A stretch of DNA of 64,000 nucleotides. It comes from Octopus sinensis (Eukaryota). Of this stretch, positions 62,743 to 64,000 are shown in pieces. The notes below the pieces were generated by a model, which searched no databases, had not been told where the DNA came from, and was given only the letters and a program-made list of their open reading frames with translations. The DNA is taken from the NCBI RefSeq assembly GCF_006345805.1, contig NC_043016.1:6014001-6078000 (forward strand). The letters are read 5' to 3'. Made by a program: the position numbers and the translations under genes. The first letter of the stretch is position 1. Each line of letters starts with the position of its first letter.

Positions 62743-63116
62743 AAAAATATTAAAATTTTGTTTAAACATCACCATAGAAAATGAACCATCAGCTAATATT
62801 CAATTGGATATGCAACAAAATTTTGATAAAGAAGAATTGTGCACATCCCTAGATCATCAGTTGAATTTAATGCACAGCAGGACAGGTGCACCATAAAGGT
62901 GGAATAAACTGAAATACTGGAATCCACCGCAAGTTTGACCAAACTAAAGAAATCGGTCAAAAAATAATATATGGCTCTGGTTATGGTATGGAAGTGATAA
63001 ATTCAGGCAACAATTTAGATACAACATTTTTTTTTTTAAATGAGGGAGAGGTGCTGGAAAGAGAAAAAAAAACAAGAAAAGAAATTCCACTTCCTCACAG
63101 AATGCTAACAACAACA
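62203..63116 (+). repeat. 257-bp near-identical direct repeat (62203-62459 and 62859-63116)
   Basis: Direct comparison shows only a few differences. Confidence 0.92.
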
Positions 63117-63134
63117 ATATTAACAGAAGCAAAG

Positions 63135-63290
63135 GCAGTAAGCTGGCAGAATCATTAGCATGCCAGGCAAAATGCTCAGGAACATTTCGTTTGTCAACAC
63201 ATTCTGAGTTCAAATCCTGCTAGGGTCAACTTTGTCTTTCATCCTTTTGGTATTGACAAAATAAGTACCAGCTGAACACTGGGGTCACTG
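63135..63290 (+). mobile_element. SINE family A, degenerate and partial
   Basis: ggcagtaagctggcagaatcattagca...tctgagttcaaatcctgc...ctttcatccttttgg. Confidence 0.8.
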
Positions 63291-63679
63291 TAATTGTTGT
63301 AAAACATAGTTTGTTACGTACAATAAATAAGATAACCAGTCAACAGTAACAACAATGTAACGAACTAACAAATCTCTTTACGAACCAACAATCAATATTC
63401 CTTGTGACTTCACTGTGAACTCACACAAACTTCACTCGACCCTGAACTCTGAACCTTGAACTCACTTGGATTGAACTCACTTGTTACTATTTATAGTTTA
63501 CTCACACCAGTCTATCACAAGGAGGTGTTGTAAATCTGATCCCTTTTGAGATTTTGACTACAGTGAGAAAGTAGAATTTCTTTTCTCTTTCTTTTTCTTT
63601 CCAGCACCACTCCCTCTTTTTTTTTTTTTAAAGCTGTTGTATATTAATTGTTGCCTGATTTTTAAGGTATTACTGTTCA

Positions 63680-63900
63680 TTGCACACAGCACTCTTTCGC
63701 TATATTCTTGTTAGCACTGGGTTTTTTTTTTGAAAATCTAATATCTTTTCCGTTAGGTATTACTTCCAGATGTTCAGTCCATTTTCGTTTTCTGAAGCTA
63801 ATTCTATGGGGTGCAATATCTCTTAGTGCTGGCATTTCAAACATATCATAGAAAACTTCCATTGGTATTACCCTTTGTTCTTCTGTATATCTCATCTTTA
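63680..63900 (-). pseudogene. Possible Tc1/mariner-type transposase N-terminal HTH remnant
   Basis: MRYTEEQRVIPMEVFY resembles M..YT.EQRV.I+..YY; no catalytic domain visible. Confidence 0.3.
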
Positions 63901-64000
63901 ACTGGTTAAGACGATTCCAAACTCTGAACTTTGAACTCACTTAGACTGTTACTAATTATACTTTACTTGGACTTATCTATCTCTCACAAGGGGGCATCAT

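Overview
Repeat-dominated, AT-rich animal genomic DNA. The SINE, LINE and MITE families and the (TA)n/(CA)n/(TATG)n/(GA)n tracts point to an octopus (Octopus sp.); this is an inference from family resemblance. There is no intact long host CDS. The only host-like coding signal is one minus-strand exon near 1.7-1.9 kb that resembles the neurobeachin/LRBA N-terminus, followed by an ETS-motif-rich tandem duplication. The rest is layered transposon debris: L1/Tx1, CR1, RTE, R4/Dong, CRE and Penelope retroelements, several tRNA-derived SINE families (some with clean TSDs), a full-length mariner, Helitrons/Helentrons and MITEs. Main discoveries: (1) four minimal hammerhead ribozyme motifs with palindromic helix III (three canonical cores, one U4C variant), plus one decayed and one core-mutated copy; all but the core-mutated copy are on the + strand; (2) an RTE insertion with a twin-priming 5' inversion and an 11-bp TSD; (3) an old ~110-bp tandem array spread over 10 kb and split by later insertions; (4) a head-to-tail Helitron pair; (5) a Dong/R4 element sharing an (AAT)n tract with a CR1 tail; (6) a head-to-head duplicated Tx1 5' end around a tRNA-like fragment. 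All calls were made by eye; family names are resemblance-level and boundaries of degenerate elements are approximate.
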